IMG/VR virus record: IMGVR_UViG_3300035698_014070
Location: 10,229-74,228 of that record
DNA from: a virus
Strand: one strand, 5' to 3'
Length of the DNA: 64,000 nucleotides
Shown here: in pieces, positions 18,845-28,410 of the stretch
How positions within the stretch are numbered: position 1 is the first letter of the stretch
How the letters are laid out: each line of letters starts with the position of its first letter
Notes under the pieces: generated by a model
The model's database searches: none
Told to the model about the DNA's origin: nothing
Seen by the model: only the letters and a program-made list of their open reading frames with translations
Position numbers and translations under genes: made by a program

Positions 18845-20340
18845 CGGTACATTTATGGACAAGAACTGATGGGAACGCTTTGTACGGTGGAATGTGGGAT
18901 GATGGTGATTTTACGTTCTCCGAAATGAATGTTGGCGGTGGCGGAATACCATTACACCAAGTAACAAATGACAATGATATTTGGTGGGACTTTTCTGATA
19001 TGAAAATTAAGGCCACTGGAAAATTTGCAGTAGATTTAACGGGTTGCTATGTGGCTGTTTGGGATAATCAAAATGCAATATTGGATGGACATTACCCAAT
19101 TACAGCGTCCGATGCGGATTCGATTACAATTGCTACAGATATTAGTGGGGCTGCCGGTGGAGGAGCTGCTGATGTGGGGCCAACGGTTGGTGGTGCATTT
19201 GATGTCTACATTGGTGGGGCGACACTGGCAGCAACAGCGGCAGATTTGTTCACTGTCAGTTCTATTATCGAAATGGAGAATGATGCTCAGTATGTTATCG
19301 ATGACAATGACTGCATTATGGAGATCACTCTTTCCACCGCAATTGAAACCGGCTCAATGATACGCGGCTTTGGCACCTCGCCTGGCGATGGGACACAAGC
19401 AATCTTGAACGCCGGGACGAATAGTCTGGCGGATGTGATTTTATGCCCGAATGCAGACGGGATTGCTTTTGTAGATTTACGGTTGACGGGGGCGAGTGAT
19501 TGTGGATTAGACGGAGCGGCCCTCGCAAATTATATCCACTTATATAATGTAACAATAGACGCGTGCGACTATGGCGTTAAGGGATATCATCAGTGGGTTA
19601 TATCTAATTGTACTATGCATACATGCGGTACTGCAATATATTTGGGATGGGCATTACATCTAAGTGATTGCAAAGTATATGGGATGATTACAGCTGGAGT
19701 CTATGCATGGTCGGCAATAGTGCTTAATAATTTATTTTACAATATTGTGGGGTATAGCTTACAAATTAGTAGTCAATATAAATGGAGCGCTATTATCGGA
19801 AATACATTTGACGGTGACAATACTGCTAATACAGTAGCAGCCTATTTAGATAACACTTCGACATATCAAATGTTACTAATCGAAAACAATGTATTTTACG
19901 ATTTTGACAGAGCCATAAAATCAGATTCTCTTATAGACAATGACGCCTGCAAACAATTTTTCCGCAACAACTGTTTTAACAGCAATACCAACGCCAACAC
20001 CAATATAGATGCTACCGGTTTTGATGCTGTAACGGCTGCCCCCGCCTTCGAGAACGAGGGAACCAGAGATTACACGCCGGGATTATTGTCCCCATTACGA
20101 GGAGCGGCCACAGACGGCGGCGATATCGGGGCGATACAGCGGGATGAGGATTATCCGGCCATCGGTAACGTGACTGAGGATGACACGTCAGACGGAGAGA
20201 CGGGCACCTACCACGAGGCAACTGAAGCCGAGGTGCAGGATACGGTACAGTTTGGGGAAGACGGTACGGAATACACAGGATCGTATGCTGGCGGAGGTGG
20301 CGGTGGAAGTCCAGTATTTAATAGTTCTATATTTGGATAA
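18841..20340 (+). CDS. Right-handed parallel beta-helix (pectin lyase-like) protein
   Basis: Repeated I.NC / NN.F / GNTF / ENNVF coils; DY...SPLRGA...DIGA C-terminal motif. Confidence 0.7.
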   Translation: MTVHLWTRTDGNALYGGMWDDGDFTFSEMNVGGGGIPLHQVTNDNDIWWDFSDMKIKATGKFAVDLTGCYVAVWDNQNAILDGHYPITASDADSITIATDISGAAGGGAADVGPTVGGAFDVYIGGATLAATAADLFTVSSIIEMENDAQYVIDDNDCIMEITLSTAIETGSMIRGFGTSPGDGTQAILNAGTNSLADVILCPNADGIAFVDLRLTGASDCGLDGAALANYIHLYNVTIDACDYGVKGYHQWVISNCTMHTCGTAIYLGWALHLSDCKVYGMITAGVYAWSAIVLNNLFYNIVGYSLQISSQYKWSAIIGNTFDGDNTANTVAAYLDNTSTYQMLLIENNVFYDFDRAIKSDSLIDNDACKQFFRNNCFNSNTNANTNIDATGFDAVTAAPAFENEGTRDYTPGLLSPLRGAATDGGDIGAIQRDEDYPAIGNVTEDDTSDGETGTYHEATEAEVQDTVQFGEDGTEYTGSYAGGGGGGSPVFNSSIFG

Positions 20341-20349
20341 TGGTGAGAT

Positions 20350-23300
20350 ATGTATTTAGGATCATATGATGAAAGTGCAACGGTTCCTATACCAATAACA
20401 TTGCACGATGTAGATACTGGTGGACAGGAAGATCCTACTGGAAATGTCGAGTGGGATATAGTTAATTCAGCATCTTCTGTTATGGCATCTGGTATATCTG
20501 GATTTAATGAATTGAATTTAAGTAGTAATGTTAATGGCTGTTATCAGATGAATTATGCATTAACAGCTGCGTATTTTGCTGGAAATACTTATATTGTTTA
20601 TGTGAATGTTACAGTAGATGGTGTAACTGCAAATACAGCACATTCATTTCAAGTAAGAGCAGCTGTTAATTCCAATTTGATGGAAATAAACGGAGATTCA
20701 GTAGCAGGAAACGCCGCTACATTAACACTTAAACAGTTAGACATTCAAAATAGCGCAGGTACAGCGTTTGTTGCTAAGTCTACTGGCAGTAATGGTCATG
20801 GAATGGACGTAGCAGGTAATGGTTCTGGTGAAGGTGTTGTATTAACTGCTGGTGCAACTGGTTATGGTCTTCATATTCTTGGTGGTGGAACAAGCGGTGA
20901 TGCGGTTCATATTGAAGCACAGAATGGTAACGCATACGGTATATATTGTATTGGTAATGGTGGTGGAGAAGGTGTTGTAGTTGTTGGTGGAGATACTGCG
21001 AATGGATTAGAGTGTCGTGGTGGAGCATCAGGTGGTGCGGGTATTTACGCGTTTGCACAAACATCTAATCATGGCATTATGGTATTAGGTAAAGGTGTGG
21101 GTCATGGTATTCATGCAACTGGTGGAGATGGTGGTGGAGCAGGTATCAATGCTGTTGGATCAACTTCAAATGCTTCTGGTATTGTTGCAACTGGTGATGG
21201 GTCTGGTAGTGGAATAGATGCGGTTGGTGGAGATAGTGGTGGTGATGGTATAAGTGCCCGAGCTACTACTGCAAGTGGACATGGTATTCATGCTACAGGC
21301 CATACTGCCGGCGTTGGAATATTAGCAGCTGGTGGAACAGGTGGTAGTGGACTGAGTGTTACTGGTCAAGGCGCTCTTCCTGGAATGTTAATTACTGGTG
21401 GCGATACTGATGCAGATGCTTTATCTTTAGTTCCTGGTGGGACTGGCGATTATATTACAGATGGATTTATTAAGTCAACCAGTTTTGCTGCTGGTGCTAT
21501 TAACGCTGCAGCTATTGCAGATGCTGCTATTGATAATGCTACATTTGCTGCAGACGTAGGTTCTACCGCTTATGCTACTAATATTGTAGCACTAGCTGTA
21601 AGAAAGGCTCTTGATGAGATTAAGTTAGACCACTTAGTAGCTATAGCAGATGCAGATGATGTTGTTAATGATTCTATTATGGCTAAATTAGCATCAACCA
21701 CAGGTGACTGGAGTACATTCGTAGATACGACTGATAGTTTACAGTCAAATCGAGATAATCAAGGAACAGCACAAACTGGTGACGCTTATGCTATTGTAAA
21801 TAATGGGACATACGGTAATGCATATTTAGTTCGATCAACTACTCCTGCTAATACATTAACAGTAGCAGCAGACGGTTCAGTTACAGCTGATACATCTGGT
21901 ACGCAAACCGCTTGTGAAGATGCGATTGATGCTAAATTTACTTTTGATTCGAATGGGTATATAGACGTAAACGTTATGACTGTACTTGATGTAACTCCTA
22001 TATCTAACGCGGATATTCAAAGTGAATGTGAAGATGCGATTGATGCTAAGATAAATACAACAGCAGGAGTTGTTGAAACAGATGTTGTATCTATATCAGG
22101 AGATACGACTGCTGCTGATAATATGGAGTTAGCTTTTGATACAACAGGATATGCGTTTACTGGTTGTTCTATGCCTTCAGTAACAGGCGCAGTCGGTTCA
22201 GTTACTGGTGCAGTGGGTTCAGTGACTGGCGCAGTAGGTAGTGTAACAGGATTAACTATAGCAAATGGAGCAGCTGAAGCTAACATTACATATATTCATG
22301 GAACTGCTCTTACAGAAACACCAGGGCAACTTGCAGCTAGTTTTAAGAAATTCTTTGATGTATCTGCTCCAACGGGAACAGTTAATAGTATTCCAGATGC
22401 AGTAGCAGGTGCAACTGGCGGTATATTTATTGCAGGAACAAACGCTGCTACTAGTATAACTACAGCATTAACTGCAAATATTACTGGAACTATAACTGGT
22501 AATATAGAAGGAGATCTCAATGGTTCTGCTGCTTCAGTAACCAATGCAGTAGGTAGTGTAGCTGGAAATGTAGATGGTGATGTATCAGGTTCAGTTGGAT
22601 CAGTAACTGGTGCAGTGGGTTCAGTAACAGGTGCTGTAGGATCTGTCACTGGTGCCGTTGGTAGTGTAGCTGGTAATGTAGATGGTAATGTAACTGGTTC
22701 AGTAGGATCAGTAGCAGATATGTCGGGTGTTCAAGAAGAGTGCGAAGATGCTATTGATGCTAAGTTCGTGTTTGATTCAAATAACTACGTATACATTGCA
22801 AATGCTGAATCAAGTACGTTAACAGCACAACAAATTTGGGAATACGCTACAAGAGTATTAACAGATAAGAGTGACTTTAATTTAGCTGCAGATCAAGGTA
22901 CTGTAACAATAGGAGTTTGCTCTGTAAATACTGATATGGTTGGTACAGATAATGCAGCTTTAGCTGCAACCGCTTTAAGTACAGCTCAGTGGACAAATGC
23001 ACGCGCAGGTTATTTAGATGAATTAGCTGCAGCAAATCTTCCTACAGATGTTAGTAATATACCAACTAATCCTATGTTAAATACAGAAGATGGTTCTAGT
23101 TTCATTGCTATTCCTTGGAACAGTAGCTGGAATACTGAAGTACAATCAGAGTGTGATGATGCAATTCAAGCAGCATTTGTTTTTGATTCATCCAATTATG
23201 TGTACGCTGCAAATACTGGTAGTACTATTACTCCACAGCAGATTTGGGAATATACAACGCGTATTTTAACAGCTGCTACTAATATTACATCAGATGATAG

Positions 23301-23982
23301 TCAAATTAATATAACTACTGGACGAGTTGATGCTAATCTTAAATCTATAAATAGTGATCTTCAAAGTTGTATTGATTTTAAAGACTTTGCTGATAATGGG
23401 TATGATCCTATAACAAACAAAGTACAAGGAGTAATAAAAACTGATACAGCTTCTACAGTTACAGATGGAGCTAAATCAGCGACAGCTTTATCTACTGCTA
23501 CATGGACGGCTGCTAGGGCTGGATATCTTGATAATCTTCTTGCAACTAATGGAGTAACATTAGCAAGTGCACAGGGATTATACGCACCAGCTAAAGCAGG
23601 TGATTTGATGGGTCTTGCAGATACAGCTATTACTGCAGCTAAGTTTGATACAGATGCAATAGCAGCTGCCGTTATTTCTGCTGATGCAGTAACCAAGATA
23701 CAAGCTGGATTAGCTACAACAGTAGCGCTTGCGACAGTACAAACAGGCATAACAGCTATTCAAGCAACAACAACTAAATTAGATACTACAGTAGAATTAG
23801 ATGGAGTTGTTTATAAATTTACAGAAACTGCTTTAGAAGAAACACCAAGCGGTTCTGGTGGAGATGCTTCAAAGGAAAATCAAGAAACTATGATAACATC
23901 TCTTGCGGCGTTAATTATAACTACTGATACAATTGATGCTAACACTGATAGTGCAAGTTCAGATATGGACTTTGGAGAGTAA
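20350..23982 (+). CDS. Large Gly/Ala/Thr-rich repetitive fibre or decoration protein
   Basis: G(I/L)xxxG repeats, tandem GAVGSVT repeats, four ECEDAIDAK-like repeats, duplicated QQIWEY.TR and ATALSTA.WT.ARAGYLD blocks. Confidence 0.7.
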   Translation: MYLGSYDESATVPIPITLHDVDTGGQEDPTGNVEWDIVNSASSVMASGISGFNELNLSSNVNGCYQMNYALTAAYFAGNTYIVYVNVTVDGVTANTAHSFQVRAAVNSNLMEINGDSVAGNAATLTLKQLDIQNSAGTAFVAKSTGSNGHGMDVAGNGSGEGVVLTAGATGYGLHILGGGTSGDAVHIEAQNGNAYGIYCIGNGGGEGVVVVGGDTANGLECRGGASGGAGIYAFAQTSNHGIMVLGKGVGHGIHATGGDGGGAGINAVGSTSNASGIVATGDGSGSGIDAVGGDSGGDGISARATTASGHGIHATGHTAGVGILAAGGTGGSGLSVTGQGALPGMLITGGDTDADALSLVPGGTGDYITDGFIKSTSFAAGAINAAAIADAAIDNATFAADVGSTAYATNIVALAVRKALDEIKLDHLVAIADADDVVNDSIMAKLASTTGDWSTFVDTTDSLQSNRDNQGTAQTGDAYAIVNNGTYGNAYLVRSTTPANTLTVAADGSVTADTSGTQTACEDAIDAKFTFDSNGYIDVNVMTVLDVTPISNADIQSECEDAIDAKINTTAGVVETDVVSISGDTTAADNMELAFDTTGYAFTGCSMPSVTGAVGSVTGAVGSVTGAVGSVTGLTIANGAAEANITYIHGTALTETPGQLAASFKKFFDVSAPTGTVNSIPDAVAGATGGIFIAGTNAATSITTALTANITGTITGNIEGDLNGSAASVTNAVGSVAGNVDGDVSGSVGSVTGAVGSVTGAVGSVTGAVGSVAGNVDGNVTGSVGSVADMSGVQEECEDAIDAKFVFDSNNYVYIANAESSTLTAQQIWEYATRVLTDKSDFNLAADQGTVTIGVCSVNTDMVGTDNAALAATALSTAQWTNARAGYLDELAAANLPTDVSNIPTNPMLNTEDGSSFIAIPWNSSWNTEVQSECDDAIQAAFVFDSSNYVYAANTGSTITPQQIWEYTTRILTAATNITSDDSQINITTGRVDANLKSINSDLQSCIDFKDFADNGYDPITNKVQGVIKTDTASTVTDGAKSATALSTATWTAARAGYLDNLLATNGVTLASAQGLYAPAKAGDLMGLADTAITAAKFDTDAIAAAVISADAVTKIQAGLATTVALATVQTGITAIQATTTKLDTTVELDGVVYKFTETALEETPSGSGGDASKENQETMITSLAALIITTDTIDANTDSASSDMDFGE

Positions 23983-23983
23983 A

Positions 23984-24388
23984 ATGAGTAGTAAGAAATT
24001 GATAGAACTTGAAGAAATAACAAAATCATTACCAAATTTTGCAAAGATGGTTGCAGAAACAACTGTTGGAGAAACACAGACATTTAATATGGATAGTGGT
24101 ACAGGTATTCAGATAGCTATGTTTAATGACAAAGATATAGCTATTGCTAGAGGCTTCTTTTCTAAAGGATCTCTGTGCTCAATTCATTCACATAGTGAAA
24201 AAGAAATAATAATAGTATATGAAGGTTGTATGGAAATAAGGTTTGATGATGGATCATCTAAAATATTAAATCAGTATGATCATATATCTATACAGCCACA
24301 GATTGGGCACTGCGGTTATGCTGTAGAAGATACTTGGTTTGTTGCAATAACTTTGCCTGCTTCAAAGGAGTGGCCGCATGCCAAGTAA
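23984..24388 (+). CDS. Cupin-domain protein
   Basis: IHSHSEKEIIIVYEG and HISIQPQIGH cupin motifs; start reassigned to ATG 23984. Confidence 0.8.
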   Translation: MSSKKLIELEEITKSLPNFAKMVAETTVGETQTFNMDSGTGIQIAMFNDKDIAIARGFFSKGSLCSIHSHSEKEIIIVYEGCMEIRFDDGSSKILNQYDHISIQPQIGHCGYAVEDTWFVAITLPASKEWPHAK

Positions 24389-24617
24389 TTTGGGTACATG
24401 GAATGAATGGGCAAGGTTCGTAATAGAGGAATTAAAAAGACTTGATAAGGAAACAGAAGATTTAGATAGTGAAATAAAAACATTAGGTAAAAAAATAGTT
24501 AAAATTGAAACAGAGTTACGTATAAAGTCTGGTGTGTGGGGATTGCTTGGTGGCATAATTCCATCCACTATACTTATAATTGTTTATGTGTTAAAAGAAC
24601 TTGTATTTAGTAAATGA
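24378..24617 (+). CDS. Small coiled-coil protein with C-terminal TM helix (holin-like candidate)
   Basis: Coiled coil followed by GVWGLLGGIIPSTILIIVYVL. Confidence 0.5.
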   Translation: MPSNLGTWNEWARFVIEELKRLDKETEDLDSEIKTLGKKIVKIETELRIKSGVWGLLGGIIPSTILIIVYVLKELVFSK

Positions 24618-24632
24618 CCTAGGAGATAGATC

Positions 24633-25847
24633 ATGAGTAGTGAACTTTTAAAAAGAATTGTAGAGAATAGAGATACCATTTTTGGAGAAATTAATAATAC
24701 GTTATCTCCAAGGCAAATTAGAGAACATATTCGTAGTATGTATAAAAAGGTTGCAGAAGATGTTGGTTTAACTTCAGAAGAAGTAAAGTACTTTGTTCAT
24801 TATATGTCCAAGAACTTTGCTAATGATTTTACAAAAATATCTGAAGATAAGATATATCATTATGCATCGTTATTGCTTGAAGGTAAACTTCCTAATCATG
24901 CTGAACCTACTGATAAAAAGGTTCAAGCTATGATAGAAAAAGATGATGATGAAGAGGAAGAAGAAGAAGAAGAGGTTATTGATGATGAAGTAGAAGATGA
25001 TGAAAGTGATGAAGAGCTTCCACCTGAAGGTGCTAGTTTACGTGATATAGATAGTGAAGGCGGTGGTGGCGATGCTCCTGATATGAGTGATGCAGAACCA
25101 AGTGGTGCTGAAGAAGAAGTCGAAATAGATAAAGAGTACTTTGGTAGTACTGGTGATGATGGCTTTTATTACATGGTTGGCTCTGAAGAAGAAGGTGCTG
25201 ATGATATTAAAATACTGAACCAAGAAGGTGATGAAGTTTATTCTGCAATTGCTAAAGAAATGGATATACAAGATATTACTGCAGTGATTGTAGATGCAAT
25301 TACAGATCTTGAAATGGATGCAGTATCATATGATATTATTGTGAAGTATATTTTCCCGAAACTTCAGGATGATGATGAAGAAAAAGAAGATGAAGAAGAA
25401 GTTCCTACTGATGAGGAAATGCCTACTGACGAAGAGATGCCTGAAGAAGATGAAGAAATTCCTATGGAATCAGTGAATAAGGCGAATGAAACTAAAAAAG
25501 CTGATAAAGCTAAGAAAGATAAAGCTGATAAAATTAAGAAAGATAAGAAAGACAAAGCTGATAAAGTCAAAAAAGATAAAAAAGATAAGGCTGAAAAAGC
25601 TAAAGCTAAGAAAGCTAAAAAAGATGAGAGTGTAATAGAACACGAAGTTAATGGTGAAAAACATACTGGATGTATTTTAGAAAATACTTCTGATTTTACT
25701 CGTGTTAAAGTAGATAACAAAGAATATAAATTAAACGTACCTTTTGCTGAAGTATATAAAGACGAACACGGTAACATTACTAACGAGTGCATGAAAGAAT
25801 TGATTGAAGATTTTGTAGCTCTTAGTGTTACATCTGAAAGTAAGTAA
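24633..25847 (+). CDS. Putative prohead scaffold/core protein
   Basis: Very acidic tracts plus a K/D/A repeat; lies just upstream of the protease; internal GASLRDI. Confidence 0.55.
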   Translation: MSSELLKRIVENRDTIFGEINNTLSPRQIREHIRSMYKKVAEDVGLTSEEVKYFVHYMSKNFANDFTKISEDKIYHYASLLLEGKLPNHAEPTDKKVQAMIEKDDDEEEEEEEEVIDDEVEDDESDEELPPEGASLRDIDSEGGGGDAPDMSDAEPSGAEEEVEIDKEYFGSTGDDGFYYMVGSEEEGADDIKILNQEGDEVYSAIAKEMDIQDITAVIVDAITDLEMDAVSYDIIVKYIFPKLQDDDEEKEDEEEVPTDEEMPTDEEMPEEDEEIPMESVNKANETKKADKAKKDKADKIKKDKKDKADKVKKDKKDKAEKAKAKKAKKDESVIEHEVNGEKHTGCILENTSDFTRVKVDNKEYKLNVPFAEVYKDEHGNITNECMKELIEDFVALSVTSESK

Positions 25848-25864
25848 TAATAGGAGATATAAAG

Positions 25865-27466
25865 ATGACTCAGTTACGCGAAGACATTATAGAAAATTAT
25901 CAGTTACTTGAAACTGATACAACTAAGCTGCCTGATGGTGTGTTATGTCGAGTGCAATATCCAATATGCAATATTGGTATATTGAATCGCAATAACCGGG
26001 TGTATGAGAAGGAATTGTGGGATGGTGTGTTAGCTAATAAAGAAGTAGCGCAAAAGCTAGAGAAGCGTTCTCTTTATGGTCAGGCTGAACATCCCAAAGA
26101 AACACAGAGTAATCTTGAAAAGACTTCTCATGTCATACATAGTATGAATGTAAACGAAGATGGATCTAAAATTTCTCAGACTATGGATGTTTTGGATACA
26201 CCATATGGACGGATTATAGACACACTCTTACGTGCAGGTTGTGGTGTTGGCGTATCTACACGAGCAGAAGGTGAATTAGAAGAATGCACTGATGAAAGTA
26301 ATGGAAGTAAATATTTTCGCGTAAAACCTGAGTCATATGATTATGTTACAACCGATTTTACGGCTGATCCTAGTACTATTGATCCATATCCTGAGTCTGT
26401 GCAGCGCGATGTTGTTAGAGAAATAGCAAAAGACTTACATGATAATAGTATAGATAGAGCTTTTGCAATGCCTTTACTTGAATCAATGCAAGTAGATGAA
26501 GCAAAAGAATTGTTGAAAGAAAATAAAGAAAAACCTTTGTTTGAAGACTTTGACAGTGCTTTTGATTGGTTTAAAGATTATTTTAATACCATGGAAGAAG
26601 GAAAAGATAAAGATAAAATTCGTGAAATAATTACTGAAAGCAACTTTGATCCTAATGAAATAATTCCAGCACAAGCATCAACATCTATTGAAGATACAGA
26701 AAAAGAAATAGAAGAAGTAGAAGATGAAGTTGAGAAAGATATTAAAGATGGTGAAACTCAGAAAGATACGACTGAAGAAACTGTTGATGATGCTGAAGAA
26801 TCTATAAATCCATTACTAGCTGTGAAAGATGCACTTATTAAAGAAGCATCTACTCGTGCTGAATTAGAAAAAGCAATAGAGATTATTGAAGAACATCAGT
26901 GCGATGAAAATAATGTAGCTATTGCAGTTTGTAAGATTAAAAATCTACAACAGAAATTAAAAGAACATAGTAAATCATATGATGCAAGAACGAAAGCATT
27001 ACAAACTGCGCTAACTTGTAATGATAAGAAAACAGTTAAAAAAGTAAACGCTTTAAAGATTTCTTTAAAAGAATATTTTAATAAATATAAAACACTTGAT
27101 GAAGTTACAAAAAAGAAATTAGATAAATTAGAACAATGTAATAAAAAAATTGTAACAGAACATAAAGATCGTGTTATAATGATACAAGAAGAATGTGATA
27201 AGAAGATTGTTTCTAGTTACATCACTATGAAATTAGAGCAATCTGGTTTAAAACTGGCAGATAAATCTCGAGCACTTCTTGAAGATTGTAAAACTGTTGG
27301 TGAAGCGGAAACTATGTTGTCTGACTTACGATATACTATGCGTGAAAATGCCCTTCATCATCATTCAGGTGTATCTGAAGAAGCGATTATTATTGAATCG
27401 ACAACTAGTAAATTAGAAGATGAAATCGTAAAGAATGTTAGGTCTTCTTTGGCCGGCATGTCTTGA
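25865..27466 (+). CDS. Prohead protease (T4 gp21-like) fused to a coiled-coil scaffold region
   Basis: NRNNRVYE, GQAEHP, SHVI, LDTPYGRI, GVSTRAEG, DFTADPS motifs. Confidence 0.9.
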   Translation: MTQLREDIIENYQLLETDTTKLPDGVLCRVQYPICNIGILNRNNRVYEKELWDGVLANKEVAQKLEKRSLYGQAEHPKETQSNLEKTSHVIHSMNVNEDGSKISQTMDVLDTPYGRIIDTLLRAGCGVGVSTRAEGELEECTDESNGSKYFRVKPESYDYVTTDFTADPSTIDPYPESVQRDVVREIAKDLHDNSIDRAFAMPLLESMQVDEAKELLKENKEKPLFEDFDSAFDWFKDYFNTMEEGKDKDKIREIITESNFDPNEIIPAQASTSIEDTEKEIEEVEDEVEKDIKDGETQKDTTEETVDDAEESINPLLAVKDALIKEASTRAELEKAIEIIEEHQCDENNVAIAVCKIKNLQQKLKEHSKSYDARTKALQTALTCNDKKTVKKVNALKISLKEYFNKYKTLDEVTKKKLDKLEQCNKKIVTEHKDRVIMIQEECDKKIVSSYITMKLEQSGLKLADKSRALLEDCKTVGEAETMLSDLRYTMRENALHHHSGVSEEAIIIESTTSKLEDEIVKNVRSSLAGMS

Positions 27467-27484
27467 TATTAAGAGGTGATTATT

Positions 27485-28410
27485 ATGGGTATGGACTTAC
27501 GCGCTGCTATGAAAGGGCGTCTTGAAGAAGAAACGATGAAGCGTAATCGCTTAATTGAACGATGGAGTTCAATGATTACGGCTGTTGATAAATATTTACA
27601 AGAGGATCAAAACAGATCTTTAACTTTTTATGACAAACAGAATATTGCACAGTGCTTAGAAAACGCTTTGCTTGAGAATGGTCTTAAAGCTGGTAATAGA
27701 ATGTTTGAAGCAACTAATATGGACAATGTTGAATTCATGGCAATTCAACTTCCTGTTATTGCTGCATTGCTGCCTTCTTTATGTCTTAATAAAGTCTCGA
27801 CGGTACAGGCTTTGGATAGACGTCAAGGAGCTGTATTTTTCTTAGATTTGCAATATGGTACTGCTAAGGGAAATATTGCTGTTGGTGATACGATGATATC
27901 TGCAACTACTGGTCATAACGCCACTGCTGCAAATCTTCGTTATGCTGTAACTACAGCTGACAGTGAAAGTCTTTCTGGTGCTGCTTTAACTTCTAGTGTA
28001 TTGGCTGGTACGTTAACTTATCAACCAATGTTGGGTACAGTTAGTATTGTAGTTACCGATGGCTCTACGTATACAGATAATGTTAATCCTGGTCAAATTG
28101 AGGATTCTAGCGGAAATGTTCTTGGCTGGGTAAAAGTTTCTGGAGCATATGAAATTGATTTTACTGGTGAGTCTGTGATTCCTGATTCTGGTGGTGAAGT
28201 TGCCGCTACGTATTGTTATCAGTATGATCAAGCTGGTGGAGATGATACTCCCACAGTTAATGAAGTCAATATTGATCTTCGCAGTGAAATGATTACCGCA
28301 CAAGATTTCCCGCTGAAAGCTATTTATTCTATGGGCGCATCAATAGATTTACAAAAAGCCCATGGTCTGGTTTTAGAGGACGAGCTTGTTAAGTTCCTTG
28401 GTGGCGAGAT
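27485..28410 (+). CDS. Major capsid protein (T4 gp23-like), exon 1
   Basis: LIERWS, IAQCLEN, LPVIAALLP, VQAL..GAVFFL, LKAIYSM...DLQKAHGL..EDEL; GAGGTG SD before ATG 27485. Confidence 0.9.
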
